From the NCBI GenBank assembly GCA_049570475.1, contig CP186953.1, positions 1,248,001-1,312,000 on the forward strand: a DNA stretch of 64,000 nt. The letters are read 5' to 3'. This document shows, one piece after another, positions 28,761 through 38,018 of the stretch. Every line of letters begins with the position of its first letter. The first letter of the stretch is position 1. Under the pieces are notes generated by a model. It was not told where the DNA came from, made no database searches, and was given only the letters and a program-made list of their open reading frames with translations. The DNA comes from Candidatus Methanosuratincola verstraetei (GTDB taxonomy: Archaea; Thermoproteota; Methanomethylicia; Methanomethylicales; Methanomethylicaceae). Both the position numbers and the translations under genes were made by a program.

Positions 28761-30645
28761 AGCGCCTTACCACCCTCGGCGCCTTCACTTCTTCCATAGT
28801 TTTCGGGAAATCTTCCAGTTTGCTGTTCGGCATGTACATCGCGTTTATGTACTCTTCCTCAAAGATAGGCTGTGCCGCAAGCTCTATATATTTTATTTTT
28901 GAGGCGACGATCTGGGCCTCTCGCCTCACATCAAGCGACTTGAGGCAGAGCCTCGCGCCTGAGCCGGCAGTGTTTCCGGTGAACGATATCTTGTCTAGCT
29001 CGAGCTCTGGTATCATCCCGATTATCCTTGCACTCTTCGGGTCGATGTAGTTGCCAAAGGCGCCTGCTATTATTATTTCAGAAAGGTCTCCCCTGTCAAG
29101 CCCCGCCTTCCTCACAAGCGTCATGAACCCGGCGTAGATTGCTGCCTTTGCCTTCTGGATCTCCCTGATGTCGTCTTGGGTTAGTACAATGTCCTCCTTG
29201 CCCGTCTCGGTCTCCTCCTTTGGCACTAGGACGAACTCCCTGCCGCTTTCCCCGTCCCGGACGCCGCTCCCGACCTGCTGTATCCTGCCTGAAGTGTCTA
29301 TCAATCCCACCTTAAGCATCTCGGCAACAGCATCGATCATGCCTGAACCGCATATGCCGCGCGGCTTCTTGTCGTCTATGGTCTTATAGGATGCCCTGAA
29401 ATCGCTGTCTATCCATACCTTCTCGATTGCCCCGCTCGCCGCCCTCATCCCGCACCTGATATGCGCACCCTCGAACGCAGGCCCCGAAGCGGTCGAGCAG
29501 GCCCATATGCCGTTGCTGTCGCCAAGCATCACCTCAGTGTTTGTGCCTACATCCATCAGCAGCGTAAGCCTCTCCTTCTCGTGAAGCCTCGATGCGAGAA
29601 TGTCTGCTATCGCATCTGCTCCCACAAAGCCTGCCACGTTCGGTAGTAGATGCACATTCCCTGCTGGGTTGATTGCAATGCCAGCATCCCTTGCCTTGCA
29701 ATCGAAGGACCTGCCGATCCCTGCTGCGTAAGGCGCAAGCCCAAGGCTCTTCACATCCACTCCTGCAAATAGGTGGTGCATGGCAGTGTTGCCAACAAGG
29801 ACTGCCTCGTATACCTCATCTCTGGCAATCTCGACCTCAGCGATCCCTGCGTCCATGAGGCTGTTTATGCCTTCAACTATCGCGCTGCGTATCTCCTCAA
29901 GCTGCCCTTTCCCTTGGGACGCGTAATTGATCCTGGAGATCACGTCCTCGCCGAACTTTATCTGAGGGTTCATCGTCCCGTCAGCATAAACTATTGTGCC
30001 GTCATTGAGGTCTACGATGAAAACCGCCAGCTTCGTGGTGCCTATGTCCACTGCCAGCCCGTACTTCCTGGCAGTTGTGTCCCCCTTTTCTAAGGCAATG
30101 ATCTCCTTCCTTCCAATGATTACCGCCGTCACTTTCCAGCCCGACTCCCTCAGGATCTTGGGGATCTCCCTGGCAACAGGCATGTCGATTTTGAGATTTG
30201 GATATCCTTTCGACGATAGTCCGGCCAACAGCCTTTCGTCATCCGCTGTAGGATCCTCTAGGGACGGCGGGCTAAGCTCAAGATATAATTTCTCGACGTT
30301 GCTCATGATCCGCACAGGCGGCTCCTTCCCCATGATGACGAGCCTCTGTTTGCCCACCCTGCTCTGATCAGGCACCCTTATCGTGACTTCGCCCTCAATG
30401 TACGTCTGGCAGGCGAGCCTGTAGTTCTTTTCCAGCTTCTCCTTGGGCACCCTCTTCTTCTCATGATCCGTCAGCGGCGAGACCTTCCCGTCTATCACCT
30501 CAACAAGGCACTTCCCGCAGTAGCCCTTGCCCCCGCAAATCGCCGCAAGGTCCACCTCTGCCTTGAGGGCTGCCGACAATAGGGTTGTCTTCTCAGGCAC
30601 TTTGCACCTCTTGCCTTCGGGCAGGAATACCACTTCAAATTCCAT
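28747..30645 (-). CDS. RACo/RamA-type ATP-dependent reductive activator (N-terminal [2Fe-2S], ASKHA/DUF4445)
   Basis: CGGKGYCGKC...RLACQ; VDIGTT, FGEDVISRI, DVGTNTE, GPAFEG, GICGSG, AGAFG. Confidence 0.9.
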   Translation of the reverse strand: MEFEVVFLPEGKRCKVPEKTTLLSAALKAEVDLAAICGGKGYCGKCLVEVIDGKVSPLTDHEKKRVPKEKLEKNYRLACQTYIEGEVTIRVPDQSRVGKQRLVIMGKEPPVRIMSNVEKLYLELSPPSLEDPTADDERLLAGLSSKGYPNLKIDMPVAREIPKILRESGWKVTAVIIGRKEIIALEKGDTTARKYGLAVDIGTTKLAVFIVDLNDGTIVYADGTMNPQIKFGEDVISRINYASQGKGQLEEIRSAIVEGINSLMDAGIAEVEIARDEVYEAVLVGNTAMHHLFAGVDVKSLGLAPYAAGIGRSFDCKARDAGIAINPAGNVHLLPNVAGFVGADAIADILASRLHEKERLTLLMDVGTNTEVMLGDSNGIWACSTASGPAFEGAHIRCGMRAASGAIEKVWIDSDFRASYKTIDDKKPRGICGSGMIDAVAEMLKVGLIDTSGRIQQVGSGVRDGESGREFVLVPKEETETGKEDIVLTQDDIREIQKAKAAIYAGFMTLVRKAGLDRGDLSEIIIAGAFGNYIDPKSARIIGMIPELELDKISFTGNTAGSGARLCLKSLDVRREAQIVASKIKYIELAAQPIFEEEYINAMYMPNSKLEDFPKTMEEVKAPRVVRRYVRR

Positions 30646-32314
30646 GTTCTATCTCCTCCAAGAACTTGCTCACAACTGAGGACGGGTCACCGTCCATCAC
30701 AACTTTCCCGTTAAGCATCAGCACTGCCCTGTCAGAAACCTCTTCAAGGAGGTCAAGCTGGTGGCTCACAAGCACAATGGCAGGCCTGAGCTTCTTCTTG
30801 ACCATCTTGAGTGAATTCGCGACTAGCCTCAGGGTTATCGGATCCAGGTCGCCGAAGGGCTCGTCGAGGATGAGCACCTTTGGGTTAGAGACCAGCGAAA
30901 GCGCAAGGGCCACCCTTATCTTCTCGCCCCCGCTCAGCTCGTAGACGTTGCGGTCCAAGATCCCTGGGCTCAGGCCCACTGCCTCAAGCACCGTGAGAGC
31001 TACGTCCCTTGCCTTTTCTGGGTCTTTGGATTTGAAAAGTTCCCTCAGCAGATCGTTGCTTATCCCCATCTCGCCCAGCTTTGCCTTCATCTCGCCTTCG
31101 GGGAGCTCCGAAACCCTGCTTAGCGCATCAACTACCTCCTCAGAGAGTCCAGCTCTTTTTCCCCTCCTCAGCGCGGCCTCGAGCAGATCATAGTCCTTGA
31201 GCCCAAGCTTTGCCGCGAAGAGGTCTAGCACCCTTGCGAAGTATGGCAAGTCGAACTCCTGGTGGAGTATGCCTATGCGCCTCCTCGCTAGCATGTTTTT
31301 CCTCCCGAGCTTTCCGAGCACAACCCATTCGCCCTTGTAGGTTATCTTCACCTCGCCCTTGTCAGGAAGCTCGAGACCGGCGAGCATCCTCAGGACTACT
31401 GTCTTGCCGGCTCCGGAAGGGCCGACTATGCCTGTTATCTCTCCCCTCCTGAACTCTAGGTTGGTCTCAGCCATCTCGAAGACCAGGCCATAAGGTATGA
31501 GCTTGTATGTCTTGCATGCCCCCTCTATCTTCAACACTACGGGACCATCTATCCTGGTCTTCTCGAGCGGATCCTCGATCCCGGATAGGAACTTGGCGAG
31601 CACGGATTCCGTGTTCCCGTCCTCTTTGAGCTTGCCCTTGTCGATGAGGATCGTCCTGTCCGAGAGCGATCTGTGCGTCTGGGGGTTGTGGGACGCGAAG
31701 AGGATCGCAATACCGAGCTCCCTGTTTGCTCGCTTGAGGGCATCCAAGAGCGCTTCCCTTGTTGCTGGGCAAGTCATTGTGCCAGGCTCGTCCAGCAGCA
31801 GAAGCTTCGGCTTTCTTGCTATCTGCCTCGCGATGATCAGCCTCTGCTTCTCGCCCCCGCTAAGGACCTCAGACCATAGGTCTGCCCTCTTGTCCAGCCC
31901 GACCACCCTGAGTATCTCCATCGCCCTCTCCCGGTACTCCCTGTACTCCCCTTCAGCCTCTGGAATAGTCTCGTCGAAGCCGTCGGAATACCTCAGCGCC
32001 CTAACCACGTTGTCCAATGCACTGTCGGGCCAAAGCCCGAAGCTCCTCTGGAGTTGTATGGCAGTCTTCCGCTGAAGCTCCAGCATATCCCCCTTCGGGG
32101 ATGATGGCGTTATTCTGATCCCATCGAAGCTCACCGATCCTTCGTCAAAGCTCTCGACTCCCCTGAGTATCCTCAAGAGTGTGCTCTTGCCCGCGCCGCT
32201 CCTGCCCACAATTCCGACCACTTCTCCTTCCCTTACTGAAAAAGAGATTCCGTCAAGGGCGACGATGCCCCTCTCGGGGTATCTCTTTGTGAGGTCAACT
32301 ACTTCAAGCAGCAA
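30635..32314 (-). CDS. component A2-like ABC ATPase paralog (no TM domains, no Zn-binding insert)
   Basis: Two NBDs (GRSGAGKS, GPSGAGKT); AIQLQRSFGLW, IGILHQEFDL and LDPIT parallel the atwA motifs. Confidence 0.82.
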   Translation of the reverse strand: MLLEVVDLTKRYPERGIVALDGISFSVREGEVVGIVGRSGAGKSTLLRILRGVESFDEGSVSFDGIRITPSSPKGDMLELQRKTAIQLQRSFGLWPDSALDNVVRALRYSDGFDETIPEAEGEYREYRERAMEILRVVGLDKRADLWSEVLSGGEKQRLIIARQIARKPKLLLLDEPGTMTCPATREALLDALKRANRELGIAILFASHNPQTHRSLSDRTILIDKGKLKEDGNTESVLAKFLSGIEDPLEKTRIDGPVVLKIEGACKTYKLIPYGLVFEMAETNLEFRRGEITGIVGPSGAGKTVVLRMLAGLELPDKGEVKITYKGEWVVLGKLGRKNMLARRRIGILHQEFDLPYFARVLDLFAAKLGLKDYDLLEAALRRGKRAGLSEEVVDALSRVSELPEGEMKAKLGEMGISNDLLRELFKSKDPEKARDVALTVLEAVGLSPGILDRNVYELSGGEKIRVALALSLVSNPKVLILDEPFGDLDPITLRLVANSLKMVKKKLRPAIVLVSHQLDLLEEVSDRAVLMLNGKVVMDGDPSSVVSKFLEEIEHGI

Positions 32315-32327
32315 AAAACATCCCCCT

Positions 32328-33230
32328 TCAAAACATCGACTTCGGAAGCACTTTCACCAGGATGTAGTTTCTCATAAGCGATCTCTTTATCAACGCGAAG
32401 TCGGACAGTTTCTTGTCCCCGATGATTATGCCGCCAATCTTATCCTTATAATCGTCGTAAGGCAGCTTCACCCTGACACCGTCTATTTTGAGCGTGACCG
32501 GGTTCGGGGAGAGGGCTTCTGTGGACTCAGGAACCTGCCTCTCAATCTCTGCCTTCACGATGATCGGGTCCACGATGAGCGGGTCCAGATCCATCTCCCT
32601 CCTCCTTTGCTCGACTACCTCGCCAGCGACCCTGGAGACCTCCCTGAGTTTCTCGATCGACTCGCCCGTCCTAGCCCTCTCAGGGTACCTGCCTATGCCG
32701 CCGACATAAGCCTCTGCCCCGGGGATGCTTTTCATGAGTGGCCCGCCAGTGACAATGACTGGCACCTCGATCTCCGAGAAGAGCTTGGTCTTTTTCATAA
32801 GGCACTTTTCAAAGTTCCCAAGTGTGAATACCGCAATGTCGTGCTCCTCTATGAGCTCCTTTTCCTTCATGGTGGTGTGCACTATCTTCTGCCCGACACC
32901 CCTCGAGAGACCGATTATGTTCGTCTTCGCCCCGTGCCTCCTCAGGTTCTCCGCGATGTCGCAGGCCGGGTGCGGGAGGTGGTGCCTGGAGAGTGTTGGC
33001 GCAACGACCCCAATCTCGGTGCCGATGAGCGGCGCAGGGGTCAGCTTGCCCTTCAATTCTGAGACGATCGCTGAGAGGCGTTCGTTCTCTTCCTCTGGGA
33101 CGGCCAAGTTCATGATGAGATCGAGCCCTACCACGGTCTTCTGGACTAGAAAGCCACCTACATCCTCAAGGAACTCGAGTATCCTTTCGTGCTTGTAAAG
33201 GCCCCCCTCGAAGAGCAGGTACTTAAGCAT
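32328..33230 (-). CDS. methanogenesis marker protein 7
   Basis: FEGGLYKH...EDVGG, PTLSRHHLPHPACDIAE.LRR.GAKTN, IDGVRVKLPYD. Confidence 0.9.
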   Translation of the reverse strand: MLKYLLFEGGLYKHERILEFLEDVGGFLVQKTVVGLDLIMNLAVPEEENERLSAIVSELKGKLTPAPLIGTEIGVVAPTLSRHHLPHPACDIAENLRRHGAKTNIIGLSRGVGQKIVHTTMKEKELIEEHDIAVFTLGNFEKCLMKKTKLFSEIEVPVIVTGGPLMKSIPGAEAYVGGIGRYPERARTGESIEKLREVSRVAGEVVEQRRREMDLDPLIVDPIIVKAEIERQVPESTEALSPNPVTLKIDGVRVKLPYDDYKDKIGGIIIGDKKLSDFALIKRSLMRNYILVKVLPKSMF

Positions 33231-33789
33231 GCGAATCCCCCTCCAGCCTTGCCGCAAGCTCTCTCCAGCTTTCCTTTATCGGATCCTCCGAGGCGATTAT
33301 TGTTATCATTCCTCTCTTTTTCAGCGAATTCCTTACCCTGAACCCTTCCGGAATAATCCTGGTCGCGAGCTCGTTTATTCTTGACTCGAGGTCGTAGCCC
33401 TTCTCGCTGAGCCTTATGCCCTTGACCTCCTCTGGATCTGCGCCCGAAACAAAGATCTCAAGCCTGCCTATCTGCTCAACCCTGTCTCTCCCATACTTCG
33501 ACCAGAGCGCCTTGAGGGCGTCCCCAAGGAAGATCTCGCTGCTCAGGGTTATCCTGATGCCGTTCTTTCTCGAGTCTATGTAGGACGCATCGCCGAGCGT
33601 GCTCTTGCCAGTTACCTCCTTGTACCTTATGACTATTATGAAGACGGGCTCCTCCACCCTTATCAGCATGTCAATCGAATCTATGCTCCCTCCGAGCCCC
33701 AAGTCCTCAACGCTCTTCTCTGCGATGTACTTGTACTGCTGCCCGCCCAGCTCGTCTGATGAATCCACGAATATCCTAATCTTTCCCAC
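33223..33789 (-). CDS. methanogenesis marker protein 17
   Basis: EEPVFII, LW.KYGRDRVEQ..R, PEGFRVR, ASED. Confidence 0.85.
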   Translation of the reverse strand: MGKIRIFVDSSDELGGQQYKYIAEKSVEDLGLGGSIDSIDMLIRVEEPVFIIVIRYKEVTGKSTLGDASYIDSRKNGIRITLSSEIFLGDALKALWSKYGRDRVEQIGRLEIFVSGADPEEVKGIRLSEKGYDLESRINELATRIIPEGFRVRNSLKKRGMITIIASEDPIKESWRELAARLEGDSHA

Positions 33790-34195
33790 CCTCTTCTTTG
33801 ATAACCCTCTTCAGCGTCTCCACGTCGAGCTTGGTCTTCGGCCTCTCGGAGGGGACCTTCTTTCCCTCCTCCTCCAGCGCCTTCGAAACATTCTTCAAAA
33901 CCTCGCGCTCGGAGCTCAGCATGTGGTAGCCTGGCCTTGGGCCCCCGCCCCTCTTTGCCCTGCAGATCCTCTCGTCGCCGATCCTGTAACCCCGCTGCTT
34001 GTAGAATACCTTTTTCGGGTCTAGCGCCCTCAAGTCCTCAAGGACGGACCTGACCTTCTCCTCCTCCCCCTCCACGAGCAGGCCATAGCAGGTCTCCTTG
34101 TAGTCTATCCCCCCTATCTGGGCAGCCTTCTCGGCGAGCATTGAGGGGGTCAGATTAGAGTCCGGAGAAAGGACGACAAGGAATGTCTTGATCAT
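33776..34195 (-). CDS. methanogenesis marker protein 6
   Basis: KETCYG, RGY.IGD.RICRA.RGGGPRPGYH.L. Confidence 0.88.
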   Translation of the reverse strand: MIKTFLVVLSPDSNLTPSMLAEKAAQIGGIDYKETCYGLLVEGEEEKVRSVLEDLRALDPKKVFYKQRGYRIGDERICRAKRGGGPRPGYHMLSSEREVLKNVSKALEEEGKKVPSERPKTKLDVETLKRVIKEEGGKD

Positions 34196-35727
34196 CCTCT
34201 CAGCTCCTGGATATACAGCTCGCTGCCCTCCTTAAGCCTCCTGAGCAGGTCCAGCCCTCCTTGCACCTCTCCGATCAGATTCGTCCCGTCGAAGCTCTCG
34301 GCAGTTGGGCCGAACTTCTCGCTGTCCGTCATCCTGATCCCTATCATCCCTGCAAACTTCTTCACAGTGTTAGTGACCCCTATCGACCCGGCGAATACCT
34401 TATCGCTGGGCGTATTCTCCGGCGTGAGCCCTTTTGCGATCTCTTCATTTCCCTTGAATAGGATCATCTCCATCTTCGGGGTCGCAAAGTAAACCCTCAA
34501 TTTCCCGAATGCCTTCCGCTCGAGCCCAGTGACCGCCCTGAAGTACCTGACTGAGTTTGGCGCTTTGTCCTCATAAAGCCTGATTTTAAGGATGCTCTCC
34601 GGTCTTATCGCCTTGCACTTGACAGTCCGCTTCTTGTAAATCTCTAGCGAGTTCTGCGGCTCATGCTCCACAATTACGCCCGAATCGTTATCCGCAGGCG
34701 ATCCTTCGGTCTCCAACTCAACACCTATTGAGTCGAGTGCGGATCTAGCCTCAGAAACATTCTTCCCGAGCAGGTCGATCCTCGGAGGACTGACCGACAC
34801 CTCAAGGCAATCCCCTTCTTTTGCCAAGTCCACTAGCTCGATCCCCCCGTTGACTCTGCCGACTATGGTATGCGACTGAGCCAGCGGAGCCTCCCTCTTG
34901 TAGATGTATGCTGCCCCCACATTCTCACCAGAATTCCGTATCGTGAGGCTGCCCCTCTTCCTTTCCCCCAGCTTCTCCACCGGGAGGGCAATGACCTTCT
35001 TCTCGCTGTTGCAGATGTAACTGCTGGTCTCTGACGAGACCTTGATGACGCCGTCGTTAAGCACGTTGTATGCCTGCTCCCCGCAGACTGGCGAGTCAAA
35101 GTCGAGCTCTACCTCGACTTTGGTGAAGATCTTGTCACCTTCCTCAAGTGGCATCCCTGCTTCGCCCTTGAGCAGCGACTTTGCAAGCTCCTTTGTCTCG
35201 AGTACTGGCCTGATGGAAATGATCCTGTCCCCCATCCTGAGCAGCCCGACCAAGTGCCTTCCATAGACTATCCTGCCCAGGACAGCGCATCCCTTGGGCG
35301 GGTAATAGGAAGCCGAGTGCGGCCGCTTTGAGAAGACCAGCAGCGTGTTCTCCTTGCTTAGCCCTGAAAGGCTGAGCGTCACCTCGTACCTCCCGAGGCT
35401 CACCGGTTCCATCGAGGGCTGAGCGTCGAATACGGTGGAACCGAAAACTACCGCATCCTTCGTGGTCCACCTCACACCTGCCCCCTTGTAGCCGTGGCAG
35501 GATTTTCTCCATCGCTCGAGGAGATCGCCGCATTCTACCCTCAGTATCATCCGGCCCCTAGTCGTTTCAATCTCAAAGAGGTCTGTCTCAACGCTCTCTT
35601 CCTTTACCTTCTTCTTGACTGCGATTATGCACCCCTCTTTGACAGGGATGCCAGCCCTTTCCAGCATCCCGCCAAGGCTCTCTCTTTCGCCTGCCTCGTA
35701 CTCTTTTCCGTCGATAATTATTCTCAA
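34192..35727 (-). CDS. methanogenesis marker protein 3 (cyclophilin-like domains)
   Basis: IETTRG, YIYK, HTIVGRV, APNSVRYFR.VTGL, PENTP, GPTAE.F.GTN; TTG start at 35727 (longest ORF to 35751). Confidence 0.88.
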   Translation of the reverse strand: MRIIIDGKEYEAGERESLGGMLERAGIPVKEGCIIAVKKKVKEESVETDLFEIETTRGRMILRVECGDLLERWRKSCHGYKGAGVRWTTKDAVVFGSTVFDAQPSMEPVSLGRYEVTLSLSGLSKENTLLVFSKRPHSASYYPPKGCAVLGRIVYGRHLVGLLRMGDRIISIRPVLETKELAKSLLKGEAGMPLEEGDKIFTKVEVELDFDSPVCGEQAYNVLNDGVIKVSSETSSYICNSEKKVIALPVEKLGERKRGSLTIRNSGENVGAAYIYKREAPLAQSHTIVGRVNGGIELVDLAKEGDCLEVSVSPPRIDLLGKNVSEARSALDSIGVELETEGSPADNDSGVIVEHEPQNSLEIYKKRTVKCKAIRPESILKIRLYEDKAPNSVRYFRAVTGLERKAFGKLRVYFATPKMEMILFKGNEEIAKGLTPENTPSDKVFAGSIGVTNTVKKFAGMIGIRMTDSEKFGPTAESFDGTNLIGEVQGGLDLLRRLKEGSELYIQELRG

Positions 35728-35795
35728 AGGGGGACACTCCCGCGGTAGCACTACATTATTAAATCCCTGATTAATTTATAGGTTAGTGATCCAGG

Positions 35796-36125
35796 ATGTC
35801 CCAGCAAGCTCATTTCAGGGAAATCGAGGTCATGCCGAGGCGACTGATGAGCGACAAGAAGGCAATGGATTTGGCCGCGATAATGCGCGATACCGAGGGT
35901 GTCGAAGAGGTTCTGACCCACGGCCCAAGGTTTTCAGGCGGCGGGCGCCTAACGGGCAGGTTCATAATTGTGGTGAAAAGCGGCTTCACGCCTGAAGATG
36001 TAATAGCAAAGCTGAAGCCCGTATGCGACCAGTCCATGCCTTATGGCTACGATGTCAGAGTAGGTCAATTCACAAAGCCAAGGCCGACTGTTAAGGACTA
36101 CCTACGCGGACTGAAAGGTGAATAG
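35796..36125 (+). CDS. mcrD: methyl-coenzyme M reductase operon protein D (short form)
   Basis: IEVMPRRL, HGPR, GRF, C...PYGY....G.F.K..PTV.DY. Confidence 0.8.
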   Translation: MSQQAHFREIEVMPRRLMSDKKAMDLAAIMRDTEGVEEVLTHGPRFSGGGRLTGRFIIVVKSGFTPEDVIAKLKPVCDQSMPYGYDVRVGQFTKPRPTVKDYLRGLKGE

Positions 36126-36786
36126 GTTGCAGGATTCAATTGGCAGAGACGTGCAGATTGTCGACTGCAGGGAGTCGATGGGCATTGGAGAGGGCGGCGG
36201 CCTTGCCCAGCGCGGGACAATCTCGGAATCAGAGAGCTTCGAGGTAGTTGCAATCGCAATGTCGCCCTCTAAGCGGCACATTACCAAGCCGATCTGCGAG
36301 ATCACTTATGGCCTCAGGGAACAGGGGATACGCACCAGCGTGCTCGTGCTCGAGTCCGGTGCCGGGGTCCCTCCTGACTCGCCTTACGGTGGCGCCCCTG
36401 GCGGATCGATGGCTGGCATGAACGAAAAGGAGGTATTCCAGATAAGGCGTTTCAAGCTTGCGCTCATCCACCTTGGTGGCATCAGCGGTCACGTGGTCCA
36501 CAAGGCAAAGTCGTTCCTCAGGTATGTCGACATCCCGGCGATAGTAGTATGCGAGGCCCCTGTTGACTACGAGGACTTTGCAAAGGTCGGCATAATCACT
36601 CGCTTGGTCCGGCCGCCTCCTGGCAAGGTCGAATGCGCTGGTGTAATTGTGGATCTGGTCACAGGCGTCGTCAGGGGAGTGAGCTGCCCAAGGGACAAGC
36701 TGAATGAGATAGTGATAAAAGTGAAGTTCTGGTTGAGCAAGGTAGATAGCAAAGAAGTGATCCTAGGGAGGAATAACGTTGGCTAA
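36118..36786 (+). CDS. mcrC: methyl-coenzyme M reductase operon protein C
   Basis: IGRDVQIVDCRESMGIGEGGGLAQRGTISE, SPSKRHITKPICEIT. Confidence 0.95.
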   Translation: MNRLQDSIGRDVQIVDCRESMGIGEGGGLAQRGTISESESFEVVAIAMSPSKRHITKPICEITYGLREQGIRTSVLVLESGAGVPPDSPYGGAPGGSMAGMNEKEVFQIRRFKLALIHLGGISGHVVHKAKSFLRYVDIPAIVVCEAPVDYEDFAKVGIITRLVRPPPGKVECAGVIVDLVTGVVRGVSCPRDKLNEIVIKVKFWLSKVDSKEVILGRNNVG

Positions 36787-37243
36787 AGTTTTCATCTTCC
36801 CGCCCAACAGTCTTATCCTGTACGACCTCGTGACGCGAGAAGGTCATATTCCACTCGGTCTCGGCGAGGAGGTCGCCAAGAACCTCTCGAAGCCGGAGAT
36901 AGACTCGCCTCCGATGAACATCACTCCAGAGTTCCCCAGGAGAGGGCTGAAGTATGCTGCTATAGAAGTCCCGTCGGGTGTGAGGGGTCGCCTGGCTCTC
37001 ATCGGGCCGCTCATAGAGGATGCTGATGCAGCAATCGTGGTGGAGGATCCCGAAGCCCTGTTCGGCTGTGCCAGCTGTGGCAGGACCAACGAGTTCATCC
37101 GCTACCTGCTGAAGCGTAGGGGGATTCCGGTCGTTTTAGTCCCCTACCCTCGCACAGAGGAGGACGCCAGGGTAATGGTCTCAAAGATAAGGTCATTCCT
37201 CAAGTCTCTTGGTGATAAGAATGGCATGCCTAGTGGTTCATGA
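36779..37243 (+). CDS. methanogenesis marker protein 5
   Basis: KVFIFPPNSLIL, DSPPMNIT, GLKYAAIEVPSGVRGR, FGCASCGRTNE. Confidence 0.9.
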   Translation: MAKVFIFPPNSLILYDLVTREGHIPLGLGEEVAKNLSKPEIDSPPMNITPEFPRRGLKYAAIEVPSGVRGRLALIGPLIEDADAAIVVEDPEALFGCASCGRTNEFIRYLLKRRGIPVVLVPYPRTEEDARVMVSKIRSFLKSLGDKNGMPSGS

Positions 37244-37724
37244 CAAAAAACTTGCAGAGGTCTGCAGCGCACTGCTTGATGAAAAGTCGCGCGAAGTCCT
37301 TCTGTCCCTTCAGAAGGGCCCTTTGACTATGGATCAGATGTCCGAAGCGCTCTTGATCAGCAAGAAGGACGCATCAGACCGCCTGGAAAAGTTAGTGAAT
37401 GGAAACCTGGTCAGGCGGATACCAGGGATAGGGAAGGGTCCTGACCTGTATGCGCTCGAGTTCTCGATCGCGATCGGGGATGAAAATAGCCCTGAGCTTG
37501 CGGAAGACCTATACCAGGCGATGGCAGAGTCGCTTTACTCCTTCTTGGACAGGAATTCCGAAAGGGTGTCGGATCTCTGCGATGAGCTTGGCGCCTCGCT
37601 TGGTAGGGCAGTCGAGCAGCTGTTCCTTACCGCGATCGCCAGGATAGTGAGGGACCTCCAGAGCGAGATGCAAGATGAGGACAGGCGTCTGAGCGCTCAC
37701 CTTGGTGGCGAAACTCCTACCTGA
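37221..37724 (+). CDS. winged-helix protein (putative regulator) at end of mcrDC-mmp5 operon
   Basis: REVLLSLQKGPLTMDQMSEALLISKKDASDRLEKLVNGNLV wHTH pattern; overlaps mmp5 end. Confidence 0.65.
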   Translation: MACLVVHDKKLAEVCSALLDEKSREVLLSLQKGPLTMDQMSEALLISKKDASDRLEKLVNGNLVRRIPGIGKGPDLYALEFSIAIGDENSPELAEDLYQAMAESLYSFLDRNSERVSDLCDELGASLGRAVEQLFLTAIARIVRDLQSEMQDEDRRLSAHLGGETPT

Positions 37725-38004
37725 ACTTCTCAAGCATCTCCGTCATTTTTTTGACAATGAATTCATGCGCTTTCTCAAGCCTGTCCCTGCTTCCGACTAG
37801 AACCCATGAAAGCGGGGCAGCCTCGTTTTCCCCTATCCCTGGGACGATCACTTCTTTCTCGCTCAGCTCGATCCCGAAACGGTTGACGGCCTCCGCAATG
37901 ACTGAATAAGGCGTCCCTGCCGGAATCGGCATGTAATATTGCTTTTCTTCCCCTGAAGGGGGCTCTTCCCTTCCCCCTTTTTCACCTTTTGCCATAGTTA
38001 TCAA
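37717..38004 (-). CDS. small hypothetical protein
   Basis: IPAGTPYSVIAEA...LVGSRDRLEKA; fills gap, protein-like composition. Confidence 0.6.
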   Translation of the reverse strand: MITMAKGEKGGREEPPSGEEKQYYMPIPAGTPYSVIAEAVNRFGIELSEKEVIVPGIGENEAAPLSWVLVGSRDRLEKAHEFIVKKMTEMLEKFR

Positions 38005-38018
38005 ACACCCCGATTGAT

